From: Octopus vulgaris | Taxonomy: Eukaryota | Assembly: GCA_951406725.2 (NCBI GenBank) | Contig: OX597816.1 | Location: 86,242,001 to 86,306,000, forward strand | Reading direction: 5' to 3' | Length of the DNA stretch: 64,000 nt | In this document: positions 26,000 through 40,765 of the stretch, piece by piece | Position numbering within the stretch: the stretch's first letter is position 1 | Layout of the letters: each line of letters opens with the position of its first letter | Position numbers and translations under genes: made by a program | The notes under the pieces: model-generated | Told to the model about the DNA's origin: nothing | The model's database searches: none | Seen by the model: the letters and a program-made list of their open reading frames with translations, nothing else

Positions 26000-26564
26000 A
26001 ACAAATTTACGTATATACGTGTGGTGTGCTTGTGGTTATACATACATACACACGTGCATATATTTGTATGTCTGTATGAGTGCATGTATTCATGGGCAAA
26101 CTCTAGATTTTTTCTGCTCATTCGATCATTTTACTTTATTTCAGCATTAGTATTAATTCATACCTAAAAATAAGCTCCTATTCATTACTATGGCTTTTCT
26201 TTTTTCCCACTATAACTGGCAACAGTCTTATCCGGGAAATATGCATTGCATAATGAGCATTTTACAGTATATATTAACACGAGACTTTCGAAAACTACAC
26301 AATCCGTTTTTCTTCTATGTAGGGGCATAACGAAGGAAAGACACTCCATATTCAATGTTATACATACAAAGATCCACTTCCATTTTATCTACCTGAATGT
26401 ACTTCTTTCCCACCTCTCACTCCTTCTCCTCTCCCTCTGTTTCTGTGTATGTTTATATATAATGCATATTCGTAAATACGTTATGTATATATATGTAGGT
26501 ATATGCACATATATATATAAGTATATGTATATACACACACACATACAAGCATATATATATATGC

Positions 26565-26614
<50 letters not shown>

Positions 26615-26643
26615 GTATGTATGTATGTATGTATGTATGTATG

Positions 26644-26684
<41 letters not shown>

Positions 26685-26710
26685 GCATGTATGTATGTGT
26701 ATATACATAT
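25856..26710. repeat. (TA)n/(TG)n/(TATG)n low-complexity cluster
   Basis: Directly visible in 25856-26090 and 26480-26710; explains six overlapping ORFs. Confidence 0.9.
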
Positions 26711-27581
26711 ATAAGGACGAATTCATGCATACGCATCCCAAGATACAAATTCTGTTTGACTGTATCACTTTAATCATTATCGTTTCCTGACGTCATTGTC
26801 TCACTATATTATTTTTAACTTCTGATAATCCCACCTTCCCACACGCCACTCTCCCACTAACCCCCTTTCTACTGATTTTTCAATACCGTATATTCCTACG
26901 GATTCACACACTACTCAATTTCTCTCTTTTGTTTTCCACACCTTCGCTTCTTCATTAACTATTTTTATTCCTCTTACTCTCCCTTGCCTGTACTATCTTT
27001 ATATTTATCGCTATTGCAATCTGTATGATTCTGCCTTTCTCTGTTTCAATCACATTTCCCTTTATCAAACTCTCTTTTGCACTCTACTTCGCCGATCTGT
27101 GGCATCATTTCATACCATGCTGATTGTGAAGTGCATAGAGGAAAGTCAGCTAATTAAGAACCGTTAGTTAATTACATTTTCAGCAGTCATTCGACCACAT
27201 GATTGAAACACCCATCGTCTCCAACATAAATCTTAGTCCCAAAACTCACACACACTTGTACGCGTGCAGGGATACACACACAAAGACGCACATTGATACA
27301 TAAGGTTTATGCATATAAACACATACACACATAATCATGCATGCTCATTCATCCGTTCAACCATCCATACACAATCACACACAGAGTGTCATTATTGGTA
27401 TGTATGTATGAATGTACGAATGTATGTATGAATGTATGTGTGTATGTATATATGTATGTATGTATGTGTGAATGAATAAATGAATGTATGAGCTGTTCAC
27501 TGTTCGAGTGAATGCTAATCACCAGCGGCTCGTTGTTCCGTTCACCGGGTCGATTGACAAAGATAACTGTAATAAGATAAG

Positions 27582-27894
27582 AATGATGAAGATGATGATG
27601 TTGATGATGATGATGATGATGATGAGGATGAAGAATGATGAGCAGGTAGAGGAGGAAAAGGAGGACGGCAACAACTATGATGTACGATGGTGGTCATGGT
27701 TTAACAACGACAATAAAGATCGACGTTACAAAAACAACTACAGACGCATCAACAATAACAATAGCAACATCATGGCGGACAACAACTGCAGCAGCTGCAG
27801 CAAGTATAACGGTAATGATGCTACTAACAATATTAATAATTAGGACAGCAATTGCTGCAAATGATGATGATGAAGATGATGATGATGATGTTGT

Positions 27895-27932
<38 letters not shown>

Positions 27933-27936
27933 GTGG

Positions 27937-27981
<45 letters not shown>

Positions 27982-28070
27982 CGATGATGATGGTGGTGGT
28001 AGAAGTGGTGATGGTGATGGTGATCATGATGATGATGATGATGATGACGACGACGACGATGATGATGATG
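27582..28070. repeat. (GAT)n-dominated trinucleotide array
   Basis: Directly visible; gives poly-D/M/H/I ORFs in all frames. Confidence 0.95.
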
Positions 28071-28074
28071 AAAC

Positions 28075-28679
<605 letters not shown>

Positions 28680-29417
28680 ACAAGTGCAGTCTTCTAGCAC
28701 CTACAGAGTATCTCAACAGACACGATAGAGCTGCACAATATATTCACTGGGTAATCTGCAAAAACCTGGATTTGCCCCATGAAAAAAACTGGTGGGAACA
28801 CAAACCACCCCCAGTGCTTGAAAATGACCACATCTCACTCCTCTGGAACATCACCATTCAAACTGACAGAAAGATAGATGCAAATAGGCCAGACATCATA
28901 TTGAAAAATTCAAACAAAGAACATATCTCCTCATTGATATGACTGTCCCAATCGATATAAACGTATCTGTCAAGACCTACCAAAAACTGAGCAAATATAA
29001 AGATCTTGAAATAGAAATCAGCAAAATGTGGAACCTGAAGACTAAAACAATACCTGTTGTCATAGGTGCCCTGGGAATGATAGCAAAAGGGGCTGATAGC
29101 TACCTAACTCAGATACCAGGAAACCCCAAAATGGCAGAAATTCAAAAGATAGTGCTCATGGGAACTGCTCATATCCTACGCAAAATACTTTCTATGTAAA
29201 TTCAAGGTTTAAAACAAACATAATTTTCGGTTTTTAAAAAAAAAAGATTTTTTTTTTAGACATTCATTAGTAAAACACCAAAAACACCGCCCCACCAAAA
29301 AAAATATATGGCACACTAGGCATAACAACAACATGAACTTCCAACCAGTTGTCTCTTGAGGTCTCTGGGTGAGACTTGGAGCCAACTTGTACAAATATAA
29401 AGCAAAAGTCAAACATA

Positions 29418-29420
<3 letters not shown>
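28680..29420 (+). mobile_element. 5'-truncated R4/Dong-like element, same family as 17913-18512
   Basis: LAPTEYLNRHDRAAQYIHW...ENDHISLLWN..QTDRKIDANRPDII; ORF 28939-29199 nearly identical to the C-terminus of 18101-18487; followed by (TAA)n. Confidence 0.9.
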
Positions 29421-29500
<80 letters not shown>

Positions 29501-29699
29501 GGGAACTATTATTATTATTATTATTATTAAACATTGAAATGATCTGTTATGAATGCATAAATAATTCGTTTTAAACATTTTTAAAGAACAAATTCAGAAT
29601 GTCAACATTTTGGTCATTAGACAACATTAAACATATGAAATATGAACCCAATAAATATCAAGAAGGAATATGCTTAAAATACAATAATACATTTATGGA

Positions 29700-30010
29700 A
29701 GTGTGATTAAGACGTTCAGTTTGCAACTGCACTGTTTCTGGTTTAGTTTTGTAGTCAATATTCTAGGTACATAGCTTCTACTACACCCCAAGTTAACCAA
29801 TCACATGAGTGATTTTGTAGTGTAAAACTATGGAATACCTTTATATGTGTGTGTGAGTAAATGAATGTGCATATGTGCATTTGTTAGTGTGGGTGTGTTT
29901 ATCTTGTGCTTTTTTTCTTTTATCAGCTATTAACCGCTGTTAGTTTGTATACATCAGTGTGATTTATTTGTGCAGCAAAACAGATCGATAAAATAAGACC
30001 TCAAAGGAAA
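29700..30010 (+). mobile_element. Highly degenerate SINE family B copy
   Basis: Same module order as 40164-40563 (head, CTTCTACTA..CCAA..TGAGTGATTTTGTAG, (TG)n, GCAAAACAGATCGATAAAATAAG). Confidence 0.45.
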
Positions 30011-30249
30011 GTTAACACTGATGTTCTAATAAAGAGATGCAGACTCTTTTGTGTATGCTTTTATATATCTGTAGTGATTATTTATAGAAGTTTATGTAAG
30101 ATGCTTTTGTAATAATACTCGTGATGGATTTGTATGTGACTAGGTGTTTTATATATACCTACAGCGTTTTACAATTCTTGGCTGAGACTTCATTGTTTGG
30201 AGCATGTTATATCAACAAAATGGTACATTTTGATTATTGTTATTATTAG

Positions 30250-30430
30250 TGGGTGAGCTTGCAAAATCGTTATCCAGACGTATAAAATGTGCAGCAGCCT
30301 TTCTTTTGACTTTTTGTGTTTTGAATTGAAATCCCGTTTTCATCTTTTGTGGTTTGTGAAATTAGTACGTATCAAAGACAGGGGTCAATGTAATTGACTT
30401 TTAAAGCTGCTGATTTCGTGCCAAAATTGC
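30250..30430 (+). mobile_element. Degenerate SINE family A copy
   Basis: GGTGAGCTTGCAAAATCGTTA head; GGGGTCAATGTAATTGACT body. Confidence 0.5.
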
Positions 30431-33400
30431 GTTTGCTTTTGTAATTGCCAATCTATTTTCCATCCTGATCCAATGAATCCCAACCGCAATTATCCTTCAA
30501 ATTAAATAAATTTTAAGGACACATATATTGTTGGCAACGACTGACAACAGCAAAGAACTGATTACTGTGTTTGAGTACTTTATAATACAGTTCTATTCAA
30601 TACGCGGTAAATGGGGGATAAAAAACAGTAACAGTCAGCAAATGCAAAGCAATCGAACTCGAACAATATAGAGTAAAGACATATTTATCATGAAAGCAAT
30701 AAGAATTTAGAGCAGAATGTACAAAGGCAAACGTGAATTGGCTGAAAATCTTGTTACAGTGATTTTATGAAAACGACGTTATTAGATTTAGTTTTCAAAA
30801 AGGGTCCGTAGACTGAATCCAGTTTATATGTTGGCATACATACAAGAATATATCAGATGATGGACAGAAATCAAAATGATAGCAATATGTACGTGAATAA
30901 TGGGCCTTTCTCGCTGGGATCTAAGATTAGTATAATAGATTATATTAACCTTAGCATTTTGCTGGTAATTGTTTCATGTATCTCCGAAGTACAAAAAACT
31001 TAATCGTACTTCGTGACATGTAAACTCCTGTCGATTAAGACAGATAAAAATCCTGCACCGCATTTTGACTGTCACCCTACCAATTCCGCTTAATCTACCA
31101 CACTTCTAGCGTCTCTAACGATGGTGCCAAAAATCTGAAACAAATGTATCTTATTAAAAACAACGCATGTTTTGTTGGTTACTCTTATTGAACATTTTGT
31201 ACTAATAATAACTGTAATAGAAATACAAAAGTACATAAATCATTGTAGAAAGGTTATATAGTTAGTAGATTGCTTTGCAACAAGTTGAAGCTTAATCTCG
31301 AAGTGCGAAGTCTTGAGTCATGTGTTCTACGTTCTATCACAACCTCTCATTAAATTCAAGTGTTTGAAGTTTAGCGGACCTATACAGTTCTGTTATTGGG
31401 TGATATGGTCAATCCATCACACAGTTTAACAATACATCATGTTCATATGTGGCTAGCGCGGATTCCATTCTATTGCATGTTTCCAGGACTGATTACCGGT
31501 TTGAGCGTAATTTCTTTCTTCCTCAGTCATCAAATTTTGATGGAAAGCTTTCAACACGATGTCAAATATTACAGGATCACCAGCGCAAAATACTTGCGTT
31601 ACGATGGAAGTAACGCATGCACATAGAAAGCAGTAACAACTAGATAGAAAAGGTGGGCGTCACCAGAGAGATTAGATTAAAACAAAGTGAAACGATAGAA
31701 TATTATAACAATAATAGCCATTTTAAATCGACTGATTGTCAAAACCACTTATGAAATACATTGCCGCAGGAATAAAAACTAAAACGCTTATAGATATAAA
31801 AAGTGAAATTATTAATTCCAATTTATTTGTAGCTTGTTTGACAGAGATTTACTAAGAGTAAACCAGAAATAATTCAAGCGACACTGAAAAAAAAAAAAAC
31901 AAAAGAAAAAACGTTTATGTACTAGAACTTTCAAATATACAAAATTATTTCTAAAAGATGCAATGCTATATTTGGAAGTTCATGCCGCATTCAAAGGAGG
32001 AAGCAATTCTTAAACCAAATTCCACAAGAATTATTAATAACACGAGTCACATCAAACTGGTTCTTAGATGGGTAAATGATAATAAGAAGCTGTGTACGTA
32101 AATAATTATCTTATTCACCTTATACTCGCCATAAGGATGCTGACAAGGTGCATGAATATTTGCAAATTGGAATGACATGTAAGATGGGATACAGTTTGGT
32201 ACACCGTCATACTTGGCAGAGAAGCTCAATTATTTATAGGTAAACTCCCTAGTGGGATTGTAAAAGAGAACTGTATGGAAGGTTGATGAAAATCAGACAT
32301 ATTGTATATAATATTTTCCACTATGACTTGATAGTTCGAGTATTTAAAGGCGTAAATTGTTGTAACATTGTAGAACAGATATACTGATAGCGGTTTAGCA
32401 CCAAAGTATCTCTCCTCTATGATCAAAGTATTCCTCTCAATAATCGACCGTTAGGTTTTACAAAACATTGAGAAAGTAAGGTTTGTTTTGCGGGTGATGT
32501 GACTGCTGGTTTTAGCCATTTGAGTTGCAATGAGCTTCAAGCGAATTCGCAAAAATGTAACATTCCTAGACAATATATATAACGGGCTTATCCCACCGAG
32601 AACATTTCCGGTTACCTTTTTGTACCCCATCGCATTTCCTCAGTCTCAGACAATTGTACTTGATTATGCGTAAAGCTACATAGGGAAAGAAGTTAACAAG
32701 GGTGCCGAGAAAACACATTCCATCTGGAAATAATATGTTTGACATTATTAGATACATAAGGAACGCAAATATATTATGAAGTCCGTATCTTAGCAGAGAC
32801 TAATGATCGAATTTTGAAAACTTAATAACAGTAGGTAATTGCGATTATGAACAAAAACAATTTTAAATTTTATATTTCTTAACAATGAATGTAACAAAAT
32901 TTACGAAGTAAAACTTATCACAAGCAATCCCCATTATGTGGCGGAGTTAATTAAAAGCCTCACGTAGTGAAGGTTTAAAGAAAAACAGTAAGTTCAGTCG
33001 TACGTAACATCATAAATGTTATGGGACAGAACATTAAATGAAGTGAAACGAAAAAGAAAACTATTAAATTAATGATTATTTCTATTCAAGAAATGTACAG
33101 ATGACAATGTAGAAATGTAAGTTTATTGAAATTATATGTGAAATGTTGTTCTTTGGGCATCAGAAATTTGACAAGTATAACTACAAGTCATGTTTAATCC
33201 TTATAATACCTGAACAGACAAGCGTAGCTTTTAGCACATCTTAAGGTGATAATGTAGAGTGAACATACACATAAATGCGTGGATGTTTCAAATAATAAAG
33301 ATGTGAAATTGCTCATGGATATATTCTACATAACAATTAAGAATGATAATGGTGACGAGTAATCAAGTACTTGATTACCATAACTGTACAATAACAAATT

Positions 33401-35734
33401 CATGAAGCTGAATGGTAAAGCACACTTCGGCTGAAATTTGAACGCTTACGATAAAGGGCCGTAACGGAATACGTTTACAGAGGTAATTTGTGATGGGAAT
33501 GATCTACTGAATGGTATTTTCTAAATTGTTTCGTGTCTTCATTAGAAGACATATTGAAAATGTTGTTTTCAGAGTTGAATCTATGAATATGCATTGATTA
33601 AATGCTCTAAACTATATCATTTTGTGTCTGCCTTTACTACATTCAAATGACACTACAATTAGTGCTGATTTCTATGCCTAATCGAATAATAAGCAATGAT
33701 ACAAAGCGTATTTTACGGTCAGGTTCAATAAATTAACATTTCCATTGCATATCTATGATTCGCGCCACCGTTTTGAATTATTATTCACTTATAGTAACTG
33801 ATTCCAAACATTTGCGTCGTTGTTCGATGGAAAATTATGTTTATGTACCAAACCATAGGAGTGTAGTTGTGTAGAATTCCTTCATTTTTTGAGCATCGAC
33901 ATTTTAACAAAAATAATACAATATTTTTGACCTATAGAAAATCCCATTAAAGCCACATGCTAATACATTCATAATGCTTTGTATATCATCGATTATAATA
34001 ACTATCAAAAAATTTATAAATTCAAATATTTTGCTACCGCCGTTGGAATATTCCTTGTCACAAGGCAGAAGATTCATTCCTTAGGTATGCTTTTGAATAA
34101 CCGGGTTAATTCAGTTGAGAGGTGTTTTTGTTACATCCGGTTTGATAAGTCGTTGAATTCTTTTAATGCATTATATACCTTCTGTTTCAACTCAACTATT
34201 TTTGTAATTTCAGAGAACTCTAGCGAACATTCTGCAGAAACTTTAAATATATAGTTAGTAATATCCGTTATTGAGTTTCACAGTATGGAGTAATTGTATA
34301 CTACACATGGCATCCCTAAGCTGCGTAAAATGCGATTAGCTTTGTTCCGAATTAATAAGAATGTCGAAGTAATAGTGCGAAGAAACTCCAGGGATCCCAA
34401 TAACTGAATTTATTTATCTCAGTCTTCACGGATTGCTATACATTCTTAATAAACACGTAGAATATAGAGTGTTGTAGAGTAATATATTAAAATTGCGGCT
34501 CAACAAATCCATAATACAGTTTCAAAACCCAACGGTAGAAACAAAGTTCCAGCTTACGTTCTTTGCAATTACTTCAGAAGAGAGTCTAACACCATAATGT
34601 GCAAGACTTGTATTTTATATCTTTTCACATTTCATATTTGATATGTGTCTCATAAACAGTTTATAGATGAAAGAATACGAAATGTCAAATATCAGCAACG
34701 GAAAAGAAATATAGTACAAAATGCATTTTGCGATATTTATGATTCAACATAGATATTATTTTTAGGATGTATAATAAGATAGAAAACATAGGATGCAAAA
34801 TAGGCTATACACACTTCCTACGAAAATTGGTTTCATTGTTACTGCCAATAAATAGATATTATCTAATTCCGAAATGCAATTTAGGTATTCAAAACACCAG
34901 GAAGCACATCCGCACAGGATAGGATTTGAATCCGGGATTTATTTGTATAACATTAAAAAAAATGTTAACACAATGTGTATAGTGTTTCAAACTATGAAAC
35001 GCTGAGGCGACAATTATATCAGGCATTTCCTTATTCCCATTCAGGATGTAAATCCTTTGAAACCCATAAAAAGTTACTGTGTGTACATTATACATATATA
35101 TATATATATGTATATATATATTATTCACTATTTGCATATCTAAATCTCTTATGGGAATAGATTTATCCAGGATATGTTGGTTTAATATACTATATTTTGT
35201 AGAGATATTTCTTCAATAAATATATTACAACACATCAAATATTATCAATAAGTTTGGAAATGGAAAGATTAAGTTGATATAAATGACTTTATTAATTAAT
35301 ATTACCTACAATTGTTTCACGTCACACCCAATTAAAATTACAATGCATATATAATAGTATAAGTTTGCATTTTGAAGACCCTGGCTAGAGGATCAACAGG
35401 GGAAAATGGACATCACAGACGTAACATTTTGGTAAGTTGAAATACTCCAACACACTAAGCACATTCAAGCTTATTTATTTTGTTTGTGTGTGCGTGATTG
35501 TGTGTGTAAGTATGTGTATGTGTGCATGCGGCAATATTTTTATTTTTATAAAAATGGATATCCATGTTTTGTAAAAAATACTATTATTTCATTTTTATTG
35601 TATTCATTTATTATTATTAATATATTTCATTATTTTCATTATTTATTATTAATCTAAATTTTCATACTTTATGTTAATCTTATATACTTTCGCTCATTAT
35701 TATTGTATTTAAATTTTTAAAAATACTAACACAT

Positions 35735-35792
<58 letters not shown>

Positions 35793-36318
35793 AATAAACG
35801 CGCTTGCATCTGCTTAATTTCTTGGAGTATTTCAACTGATCAAAATGCAACTCCGTAATGTCGATTTTGCTCAGAAGATCTTCCACCAAGGATATTGAAA
35901 CTGCAATCCTATATTATTATATATGTTCTGTAATTTAAATTCGGTGTAAAGTGAAGCAGTAGTTGGCAATATTAATTAATTAATTTATTTATACCCATTG
36001 AATCACTCCATTTTGAAACTTATATATATATATGTATGTATGCATGTATGTATGTATGTATGCCACAGCCTGGACCTTGAAGACGGCTATGGCGCATGAA
36101 CGTATACTAGTCCCTTAATATTTTATATTCAAAATTTCATCTATTCAATAAGATAATCAATACTTCATTTCATTTTACTATATGTATATTATTTATACTA
36201 TATATTCTATATTCTACATTAATATTATAAAGAATATAAATAAAGCATAAAGAATAGACTTGGAATTTCTTTGAATAATATATACCGCTCTATACACAAT
36301 CATGCAAACCCCTCTTAT

Positions 36319-36379
<61 letters not shown>

Positions 36380-38686
36380 CACACCACACACCTACATGCA
36401 CAAACTCTCACACAATTATGTATGTATGAATATTATGGCATTCATTGGCCTCCGTACATGATTTGGATGTTGGTTTTTCGCATAAGCATCTCCACTTTTT
36501 ATGAAAACCCGTTACGATTATTTTATTCATCACTACACATAACAAAATCACTACGAAACGACAATTAAATGAAACCTAAACAAAAACTAATATATACAAA
36601 TGTTCACTAAACTGCCAGAGAAATGACACAGACCATATTGAGTTATGATGACCTGCCAATGTCATTACTTTTTTGTAATTCAGGATTGATGGTGAAGATC
36701 TAACAGCCTTGACACGTAAATTCCTGTGTTGTATTGTTGCATATTATTATGGAAAGACCAGTTTGGACAATTGAACAGTATTTCATTTCACGCATGACAT
36801 TTCGACTGATATTCCATTACCCACCTGGCCTGGAATATCATATCGAATCGTCATTATACGCCTCAATTGATATGATTTCATGGGATTTCATTACACGCCC
36901 GATAGGCTTTTGGTAGTTGATAAGATCAAAATGCTGTATTTCCTTTCTTCTCGTTTCTTGTTACGATAGAAAGGGCCAGCAATGGTAACATTACTTTCAA
37001 TACTAATATGATACCCAACACCACCTCCACTATAATAGCAGTGATATTTAGACGATTCAGATTACCAAACATCGTTGATATAAAGAAGCGTTAAAAACAA
37101 ATAGGAATAAACACAATGCAATATTCTGAGTGATTATTTTTTTAAGCAAGAATAACAAAATATACAGAGTTTATATTTGCCTAACGTTTTTAGGGTTAAT
37201 CGATGATATAAAGAAACAAAATGGAAACAAAATACACATATTTTAGATGAATTGCATGATAAAAACTGCAGTCTAAATATTATGACGGAAAAAAATAGAT
37301 AAATCAAAAGCAATAATGTCATTTTGAAACGTCTAAATCAATATATATATCTGAATTTACAACACCATTACATGACTGAATGAATAAAAAATTCAGAATA
37401 TTTTTATGTATCTGATTGGCACTTCTTATCTACCGTACCTATTTCCATCCACCATCACACACTCTAGCTTGCTTTTGCACGCTCTCTCTGTCGCTTTCTT
37501 TCTTTCTTTTCTTTTTTCTCTCTCTCTCCCTCCTTCCCCCCTTTCTCTCTCTCTGTATATAACTATATACATATATGCATACACGTACATATAGATATGC
37601 GTGTGTATGTGCGTGTGCATTGTGTGTGAGTGTGTGTGTGTATTTTGTGTGTGCGTATCTGTGTGTGTGTGTGTGTACAACATAACGTAAATCAGAACAT
37701 AAATTAGGCTGTATAACGTGGGTTAATTATGTAAATGTGTGTGCCTGTGTGTGTGCCTCTGTGTGAGTGTATGTGCCTCTGTGTGAGTGTGTGTGCGAGT
37801 GTGTGCGAGTGTGTGTATTAGTGTATATGCGAGTGTGCGCGCGCGCGAAGCCTTATTAGTTGAAGTCTACGAAATAACACGTGGTAAGATGAAGAGCTAT
37901 GAGTGTTTAGAGAGTAGATGATAGTAGAAGGTATATGAACTGTCAACTGCTGAGAGCAACGAGTATCATTGTATTGCCAAAAAGAAAAAGAAATGGAAAC
38001 AGTATGCTTATAAGCCAGAGTTTAGATAGTATCTACACTTGCAATTACGAAACAAGTCGGGTGGGTGTTTTTGCTTTTATTGATGTCCGTCTAGAATGAA
38101 ATTGTGAGTCGCTGTCGCGTCGTTCCAAGTATTCTAATTTCTTGACAAATTTGAGTTTTGTTTTGTCAGCAGTGTTAGCGGGGCTCAGCAACTTTAGTGA
38201 GAAGACAGTCTTTTGGATGTTGCCTTAAATATCTTCAGGATACGTGTGCTTTAATTAGTAGAAATTACCTGTTACATGGAATCCAAAACAGGATGGGGCT
38301 GTGAAGGCTTTCGGTGATTGATGTCTTGTGCAATAATTAGTGCAATTAGGTTCTTTACAATATGTAAGCGTTAAATTTTATTTATTTATTTATTTTCTTA
38401 ATGTAATAATACATGGGTCTGTGATGATCCATAATAGAGGTACTTAAGGGTTGCCGTCTTCAGCTCGGTGCAGGTTTGGCATGTGATATGTGATATTCAT
38501 TCATGTGTCCAGGGATTTATTATACAGAGAGAGAGCTATTATGTGCCCATACAAAGCATTTTGAATTAAAAGAAAAAAAAGAATTCTGAAGATACATTCT
38601 GCAGCTTATAATAGAGCATAATTATACGCGCCTGTATGTGCTTGGGTGATGTGGGAATGTATACGTACATATATGTTAATATGACT

Positions 38687-38737
<51 letters not shown>

Positions 38738-38858
38738 AATATACACATATATATGTGTGTATGTACGTATGAAGGCATGCGTGCATGAATGTGTTTTTGT
38801 ATGTATATATCTATCTATTTATCTCTTTATATACACACACATATATATACATACATAC

Positions 38859-38890
<32 letters not shown>

Positions 38891-38898
<8 letters not shown>

Positions 38899-39953
38899 AA
38901 TTAATAAATAATTAAAACATATACATATATACATACGTATATGTACGTACCTATGTCTACATGTATATATACATGCATATATGGGTACAGGACACCAAAA
39001 AAACATTGAACACAATAAGAAACGAAAACATAGAGTACAGGACATACAAAACAAGGAAAATTCCCCTTCTTCAGTCGCCTTTGTTTCATCTACTTCACGT
39101 TTCGAAGGTCAAGGCGATACATGACTTTAATGAAACAATCCATCCCGCGAAAATCAAATTAAATAAAATTTGAGATTTTTTGCGGAGGGGTAAAAATGGT
39201 AACAAAATCAGGACAGTAACGACAGTACAAAATATAAACAGTAAAAGACAGGACAAGGAGAATAACAGTAACACAAACAAGAAGGGCTGTTAAGCCGAAC
39301 GAGATAAAATTTTTACGAACGCTATTTTTTGAGAACGGCGAGGGAGCAACAGATGTGCTGTCTCTACTTGAAGGCAACTAGGAGAAGAAAGACAGTAGCA
39401 GATTTCTCGTCGCGGGTCAACGACGGGAGGGAGGAGGAGGTGTAAGAGAAAAGAAGAGAAAAAAGGGAATGGTTGTAAAGAAAAGAATTCAGATTGGGAG
39501 AGAGGGAGGGAGAGACAGTAAAGTAGAAGAAAGGGAAAGCCAAAAGAATGAAGGCTGAGAAAGGGATGGGGAGAGAAAGGTTAAGAGTGCGCACCTTTAT
39601 TAATATAAAGAACAATTTTACTTAGAAGTGGATGCGTGCGTTCCGTCATATAATAAATTAATAAATAAATAAAACATATGCATATATACATACATATATG
39701 TACGTACCTACTTCTCCATGTATATATACATGCATATATGGGTACAGGACACCAAAGAAATGTCGAACACAATGAGAAACGAAAATATAAAAACAAAAGC
39801 AAGGAAATGGACATTTTTCTTAAACAACGAAAAAATAGACTACAGGACATACAAAACAAGGAAAATTCCATTTTTTCAGCCGCCTTTGTTTTATCTACTC
39901 CATGTTTCGAAGGTCAAGGCGATACATGACTTTAATGAAACAATCCTTCCCGC

Positions 39954-39956
<3 letters not shown>
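38891..39956. mobile_element. Non-coding element with ~260/310-bp direct terminal repeats, flanked by (TA)n (Penelope-like/retrozyme-like architecture)
   Basis: 38891-39151 and 39648-39956 align closely (GGGTACAGGACACCAAA...GTTTCGAAGGTCAAGGCGATACATGACTTTAATGAAACAATCC.TCCCGCGAA); ~500-bp partly purine-rich spacer; family assignment is inference. Confidence 0.7.
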
Positions 39957-40038
<82 letters not shown>

Positions 40039-40163
40039 TATACATAAAAATGCATATATATGTATATGAATAGATCTGGTTCGTAAGCAAGCTACTTAAC
40101 ACAGCCACTTCTAAGCCTATTTAGTTATCTATCTATATTGCTAGATAGATAAATATATATATA

Positions 40164-40562
40164 GGCGCAGGAGTGGCTGTGTGGTAAGTAGCTTGCTAAC
40201 CAACCACATGGTTCTGGGTTCAGTCCCACTGCGTGGCATCTTGGGCAAGTGTCTTCTGGTATGGCCCCGGGTCGACCAATGCTTTTTGAGTGGATTTGGT
40301 AGACGGAAACTGAAAGAAGCCTGTCGCATATATGTATATATATATATGTGAGAGTGTTTGTGTGTCTGTGTTTGTCCCCCCCCCCCAGCATTGCTTGACA
40401 ACCGATGCTGGTGTGTTTACGTCCCCGTCACTTAGCGGTTCGGCAAAAGAGACCGATAGAATAAGTACTGGGCTTACAAAGAATAAGTCCCGGGGTGGAT
40501 TTGCTCGACTAAAGGCGGTGCTCCAGCATGGCCGCAGTCAAATGACTGAAACAAGTAAAAGA

Positions 40563-40563
<1 letters not shown>
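40164..40563 (+). mobile_element. Full-length tRNA-derived CORE-like SINE (family B)
   Basis: A-box-like GTGGCTGTGTGGT, B-box-like GGGTTCAGTCCC, CORE-like GGCATCTTGGGCAAGTGTCTTC, internal (TA)/(TG) tract, tail GCATGGCCGCAGTCAAATGACTGAAACAAGTAAAAGAG. Confidence 0.85.
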
Positions 40564-40597
<34 letters not shown>

Positions 40598-40610
40598 CAT
40601 ACATATATAT

Positions 40611-40765
40611 AATAAAAGGGTAAAATCAATTAATAATTAATTAATTTCACCTAGTAGTGTTCAGTATGTAAAAGGACTATTCAAGGTATTTTCAAAATAT
40701 TACGTTATATAATTAGGGCTCAGTAAAATAATTTACTTTACCACATACTGTAAATTGTTTCGGTA
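40611..40765 (-). mobile_element. Probable Penelope-like terminal fragment in (TA)n
   Basis: Minus strand begins CCGAAACAATTTACAGTATG (only the GAAA...GUA half of a hammerhead core); bounded by TA repeats. Confidence 0.35.

Noticed and set aside
25795-26790. Overlapping ORFs rich in YIYI/CVCV/HTHT
   Set aside because: Dinucleotide and tetranucleotide repeats lack stop codons in these frames; no coding signal. The same applies to ORFs at 1314-1766, 4463-4767, 9789-10334, 53582-54156 and 63111-63478.
31396-31626. 76-aa ORF in non-repetitive DNA as a possible host exon
   Set aside because: Non-ATG start, no recognisable domain, no convincing splice signals; length expected by chance.
36070-36115. 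GGAC-CTTGAAGA...GAACGTATACTA-GTCC hammerhead-like string next to a (TATG)n tract
   Set aside because: Both core halves carry indels and stem II is poor; may be a decayed Penelope-like end but cannot be supported.
40164-40235. tRNA gene
   Set aside because: A/B-box-like motifs continue into a CORE-like SINE body; no complete cloverleaf or terminator.
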